From positions 21,832-85,831 of the forward strand of contig CAWFYN010000007.1 in assembly GCA_963820045.1 (NCBI GenBank): a stretch of 64,000 nucleotides of DNA. The letters are read 5' to 3'. Below are positions 60,238 to 64,000 of this stretch, piece after piece. A program made the position numbers and the translations under genes. The notes under the pieces are model-generated. The model had not been told where the DNA came from and did no database searches. It saw nothing but the letters and a program-made list of their open reading frames with translations. This DNA comes from an uncultured Actinomycetota bacterium. Its GTDB lineage: Bacteria; Actinomycetota; Actinomycetes; Mycobacteriales; Mycobacteriaceae. Position 1 is the first letter of the stretch. Each line of letters opens with the position of its first letter.

Positions 60238-60474
60238 ATGGTTGACGAAAAGAGCGGCCCGATCGAGTTGATCCAGGGCATCGTGGAGGCTGTCTTCGGC
60301 AAGGCCAAGGAAATCGTCGGTACGATCATCGGCCGCAACGATCTGGTCAACGAAGGCCAGGCTCAGCAGGACAAGGCTGACGCGCAGCGCAGCGCGGCCA
60401 AGAAGGAAGCCGCGGCCGACAAGGCCCGGGGCAAGGCCAAGGCGGCGGAGGCACGCGAAAAGGCCGAACAGTAG
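60238..60474 (+). CDS. csbD: CsbD-like stress protein
   Basis: GGAGG RBS; GKAKEIVGTIIGRNDLVNEGQAQQDKA. Confidence 0.85.
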   Translation: MVDEKSGPIELIQGIVEAVFGKAKEIVGTIIGRNDLVNEGQAQQDKADAQRSAAKKEAAADKARGKAKAAEAREKAEQ

Positions 60475-60481
60475 ACGGCTG

Positions 60482-60520
60482 GCGAGCGGCCCGGTCACCG
60501 TCGGTGGCCGGGCCGCTTGC
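60482..60520. terminator. GC-rich hairpin between convergent csbD and DHDPS-like genes
   Basis: GCGAGCGGCCCGGTCACC-gtc-GGTGGCCGGGCCGCTTGC, 18-bp stem with G-U pairs. Confidence 0.7.
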
Positions 60521-60558
60521 TTATGGGTTGAGTTGTGGCGCAGGCGTTTTGGTGGACG

Positions 60559-61566
60559 CTACGTCCCGATGAGCCCGAGGCGGCGGTAGGCCTGCGCGAT
60601 CTGCGACTTGGCCTCCGGCGGCAACTTCGCTTGCGGAGGCCGGGAATGCGGATAAGCGCCTATCGGCAACCCCAGTAGCGAGGCAGCGTACTTGAACGCC
60701 CCACCCCAGTGAGTGAAGTAGTCCGGCCGCCCCGGGTAGCAGGTCCACCAGGATCCGACGTCGAGGTCGAACTGGTCCAGGCCCGACTCACGGCCGAAGT
60801 CCATGGCCTCGAGCAGCTTGTCATTTTGCACCAAATCCCAATACTGGGAGAACAATCGCCGCTGCGGCGTCTCGAACAGGTAGCCCGCGGTGCCCAGTTG
60901 CGCCGGGCAGACGATCCCGTCGCGCAGCCATCCCGCGCGGTACACCGTCTTGTCGCATTCCCAGAGCACCAGGCCGGGCGCCAGCTGGTGCAGCAACCGG
61001 CTGCTCGCCGGCCGGAACGCGCCCTCCTTGGTGGCGCACACCGCGGGCACCTCGTCGTAGATCCGTGCGCTTTCGGCCGCAGTCAGCACGTAGCCGGACG
61101 ACGGCGAGTTGAACATGCCCAGTGCGATGTCGGTGCGGGCAGCGATGTAAGAGAAGAATCGCAGCACACCCTCGCCGCCGTGCACCTCCATCATCGGGGT
61201 CTGGATGTAGACGATGTCGGCGCCGGCCCCCTGGGCGTGCAGCGTCAAGTCCAGACAGTCCTTCGCACTGATGGCCGCCGTGCAGGCTTGCACGATGACG
61301 TCGGGGTTGGCGGCACGGCCCTCTTCGATCGCCACCTCCAGCAAGCGTTTTCGCTCGTCGAGGGTCAACGACCAGAATTCGGAGAGGCCGCTGGTGCACC
61401 ACAACATCGGGTGTCCGAGGTCTCCGACGCAGTAGCGGACCAGCGTCCGGTATGCCTCCCAGTCGATGTCGTCGCCGTCCGGGCCGCAGAACGGGGTGTA
61501 GAGGGAATCGCCGATTCCCCGCAATGCGCCACGCGCCCAGGCGCGTGCCTCGCTTGCCGTCGCCAC
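60559..61566 (-). CDS. DapA/DHDPS-like class I aldolase family protein
   Basis: GTG 61566; LYTPF, SEFWSLTLDERKRL, GADIV, ATKEG. Confidence 0.82.
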   Translation of the reverse strand: MATASEARAWARGALRGIGDSLYTPFCGPDGDDIDWEAYRTLVRYCVGDLGHPMLWCTSGLSEFWSLTLDERKRLLEVAIEEGRAANPDVIVQACTAAISAKDCLDLTLHAQGAGADIVYIQTPMMEVHGGEGVLRFFSYIAARTDIALGMFNSPSSGYVLTAAESARIYDEVPAVCATKEGAFRPASSRLLHQLAPGLVLWECDKTVYRAGWLRDGIVCPAQLGTAGYLFETPQRRLFSQYWDLVQNDKLLEAMDFGRESGLDQFDLDVGSWWTCYPGRPDYFTHWGGAFKYAASLLGLPIGAYPHSRPPQAKLPPEAKSQIAQAYRRLGLIGT

Positions 61567-61601
61567 AGTCTTCGCCCGTCCAGCTTCGTTACCAAAAAGC
61601 C

Positions 61602-61620
61602 TACGATAGGCGTTACAGTA
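61602..61620. promoter_or_regulatory. 19-bp family site 7, between divergent DHDPS-like gene and tetR
   Basis: TACGATAG-GCG-TTACAGTA, right arm perfect. Confidence 0.65.
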
Positions 61621-61748
61621 GCAGATGGAAAAGCGCACAGAAGCCGGGTTGGCGGTCACCGTCGAGCGGCGACACGCCTACGTATGCGCAGGTGAGCCGG
61701 CACGGCTCTCGGACCGCATGCCCAGGATACATCGCGATGGAGGTGCCC

Positions 61749-62546
61749 GTGGTGGCAAAGCAGGCTACCGCCGATAAACGTCAACGACGCGAACGCGGAT
61801 CCATCAATCCGGATGACATTATCAGTGGCGCATTCGAACTCGCGGAGCAAGTATCGATCGACAATCTGAGCATGCCACTGCTTGGCAAACACCTCGGGGT
61901 CGGCGTCACCAGCATTTACTGGTACTTCCGCAAGAAGGATGACCTGCTCAACGCGATGACCGACCGCGCATTGGGCAAGTATGTCTTCGCCACCCCGTAC
62001 GTCGAAGCCAGTGACTGGCGCGAAACGTTGCGCAACCATGCGCGCCTGATGCGTAAGACGTTCATGGGCAACCCAATTCTGTGCGACCTGATTTTGATTC
62101 GCGCGGCGCTCAGCCCGAAAGCGGCGCGGTTGGGCGCCGAGGAGATGGAGAAGGCCATCGCCAATCTGGTCGAGGCGGGCCTGTCGCCGGAGGATGCCTT
62201 CGACACCTACTCGGCGGTCTCGGTGCACGTCCGCGGATCGGTGGTGCTGCAGCGGCTGTACGAGAAGAACCAATCCTCCGACGAGGGGGCGCGTGCCATC
62301 GAGGACGCCGTCGCCATCGATCCCGAGAAGACCCCCCTCCTCGCTCAGGTGAGCCGGATCGGTCACCGGATCGGGGCCCCCGACGAAACCAACTTCGAGT
62401 ACGGCCTCGGCTGCATCCTCGATCACGCCAGTCGGTTGATCGAGGAGGGCAACGGATCGAAAGGCGGCAAGGCGGCACCGCGGCCACGCAAGGCGGTCAA
62501 GTCGCCTGCGTCGCGGGCGCGCGCCAAGGCGCCGGCCGCCCGCTAG
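61749..62546 (+). CDS. TetR family transcriptional regulator
   Basis: GGAGG RBS; LSMPLLGKHLGVGVTSIYWYFRKKDDLL; start may be 61737 or 61752. Confidence 0.92.
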   Translation: MVAKQATADKRQRRERGSINPDDIISGAFELAEQVSIDNLSMPLLGKHLGVGVTSIYWYFRKKDDLLNAMTDRALGKYVFATPYVEASDWRETLRNHARLMRKTFMGNPILCDLILIRAALSPKAARLGAEEMEKAIANLVEAGLSPEDAFDTYSAVSVHVRGSVVLQRLYEKNQSSDEGARAIEDAVAIDPEKTPLLAQVSRIGHRIGAPDETNFEYGLGCILDHASRLIEEGNGSKGGKAAPRPRKAVKSPASRARAKAPAAR

Positions 62547-62567
62547 CCCCGGGCGTCAATCGGCTTA

Positions 62568-63465
62568 TTACGCTTCGGGTTCCGGCACGTCGAAGTGTTC
62601 GTCGCGGAGCCGGAACGCTTCCTTGGTGCCGTGCTGCGCGCGGGTTTTGACGAAGTTGAACTCGCCCGGCCCGAATTGCAGGTTGGTGCCGAAGGCGTGG
62701 AAGAGATAGCTCGCGACTTCCTCGCCCTGGTACGCCTGGCTCTGCTCGACGAGGCGGAACGCTTCCTTGGCGATGACGACTCCGTCGGCGGGCATTTTCG
62801 CCGCCTTCTCGGCCCAGTACCGGGCGCGCGCCGTCACGGCGCCGGGATCGCATGTGTCGGTGAAGATTCCGAGATGTTCGAGCTCGCCGGCTTCGATGAC
62901 GTCGCCGGTCAGCAGCAGGCGCCGGGCCAGCACCGGGCCCAACCGATGGAAGAACATGTGCAGGCTGCCGAGCGCGGGGCCAAGGAAGCGGGTCGCCGGC
63001 ATGCCGATCTTCGTGTCGCGCGCGATCACCGAGATGTCGGTCATCAGCGCCATCTCGAAGCCGCCGCCGAGCGCGTAGCCGGCGATCTCGCCCACCGTCA
63101 CCTTCGGGAAGCCCATGAAGTTGTGGTAGAAGCCAAATGACTTGCGGTCCACCGTAAGTCGCCGGCGCTGACTGGGGCGGCGCTTGGCCGACGGCATCGT
63201 CGGGCGCCTTGGCCTTGTCGCCGTACCAGCCATATGCGTTGTTCATGTCGGCCCCGGTGCTGAAGACTCCGCCGGCTCCGCGCAGCAGCACCACGGTCAG
63301 GTCGTCGTCTTCGGCCACCCGATCCAGGCAGCGGGCGACGGCCTCACGCATGGCCGCGTCATAGGAGTTGCGTTGCTTCGGATTGTTCAGTGTGATCGTG
63401 GCGATTCGACGGTCGCGATCGACCTCGAAAAGCACGCGATCGTCCGAGGTGCTCGAGGCAGTCAT
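62568..63465 (-). pseudogene. Enoyl-CoA hydratase with +1 frameshift near 63192 (possibly sequencing error)
   Basis: N-terminal TLNNPKQRNS..FSTGAD in one frame, KVTVGEIAGYALGGGFE in the next. Confidence 0.85.
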
Positions 63466-64000
63466 GTAGTCGGACTCCTTTCGCCGCCTGCCGAATCTGG
63501 TAGCCGGCCAGCTTGTCCGGCGGCGACGCCAACGTGTTGACCTCGCCGGTGCAGAGCACTTCGTCGTCGAGCAGCAGCCGCGCCGTCGACTGCGATGCCC
63601 CGCTCGACCGTGGCGCGGGCAATGTCGAACCGCAGCTCGGTCAGCATGGCGTGGGCCGACGGAAGGTCACGGCCAGCGATCGCGTCTTGCCGGACAGGCC
63701 CATGACGCAATTGTGGTGCTGGATGACGCAGTCGAAGAAGACGGCCAGAAAGCCGCCATGCACCAGTCCGGGTGGTCCCTCGTAGACCAGCGGGAAGACG
63801 ACCCGCCCGTCGGCTGCCTCGGCATCGAGATGATCGAACCGAGTACTCGGGAAAGCACGGGTTGTAGGCGCCGATGTCGGTCGCGTGGTTGAGATAGACC
63901 CGCCGGGGGTCGTTGTCGCCGTCACCGATTCGGGGCGCGTTGTCCGGCGGGGCCGCGGAGGCCAGCTCGCGCTCCCACTCGCGCGAACTTCGCCAGCATG
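63462..64000 (-). pseudogene. Hotdog/thioesterase-fold gene broken by several indels, 5' end outside window
   Basis: Segments MLAKFA | EWERELA..NPCFPEYS | FDHL..EGPPGLVHGGFLAVFFD..RRPTP | MLTELRF..GI | QSTARLL.. lie in alternating frames. Confidence 0.7.

Noticed and set aside
27894-61620. KstR or KstR2 boxes as the island's operators
   Set aside because: The repeated motif does not match TnnAACnnGTTnnA or AnCAAGnnCTTGnT

Overview
High-GC actinobacterial DNA, almost certainly Mycobacterium (Rv1364c orthologue, a MIRU-type element, SigF-type promoters, F420-type LLM genes). Nearly the whole window is an accessory CoA-dependent catabolic island for a bulky hydrophobic substrate (steroid-, terpenoid- or aromatic-like; substrate not determinable). 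It encodes 8 acyl-CoA dehydrogenase genes in four alpha/beta pairs, 3 CoA ligases, 2 CoA transferases, 3 cytochromes P450, 3 Rieske oxygenases, a TauD dioxygenase, 3 LLM oxidoreductases, 6 amidohydrolase-fold genes, SDRs, ECHs, a thiolase-like gene and 4 regulators. Three small unrelated islets interrupt it: DUF421/Rv1364c-like, an SQR-thioredoxin-AhpD-like sulfur/redox cassette, and csbD. Best leads: (1) a Rieske ferredoxin plus degenerate/intact amidohydrolase-fold pair resembling AibG-AibH1H2 dinuclear monooxygenases; (2) a 19-bp palindrome (TACTGTAA-N3-TTACAGTA) in seven intergenic regions, suggesting a ~37-kb TetR regulon; (3) a duplicated Rieske alpha plus ~110-aa partner module; (4) the SQR cassette, with a 43-aa six-Cys peptide missing from the ORF track and a RicR/CsoR-type operator; (5) an HSL-fold protein lacking catalytic Ser and His; (6) a TetR-hotdog fusion with its own operator. 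Several single-base frameshifts occur (about 43.5, 44.5 and 63.2-64 kb); those near the right edge look like consensus errors. No rRNA, tRNA, CRISPR, IS or integrase was recognised. All family calls come from motif reading, without database searches.
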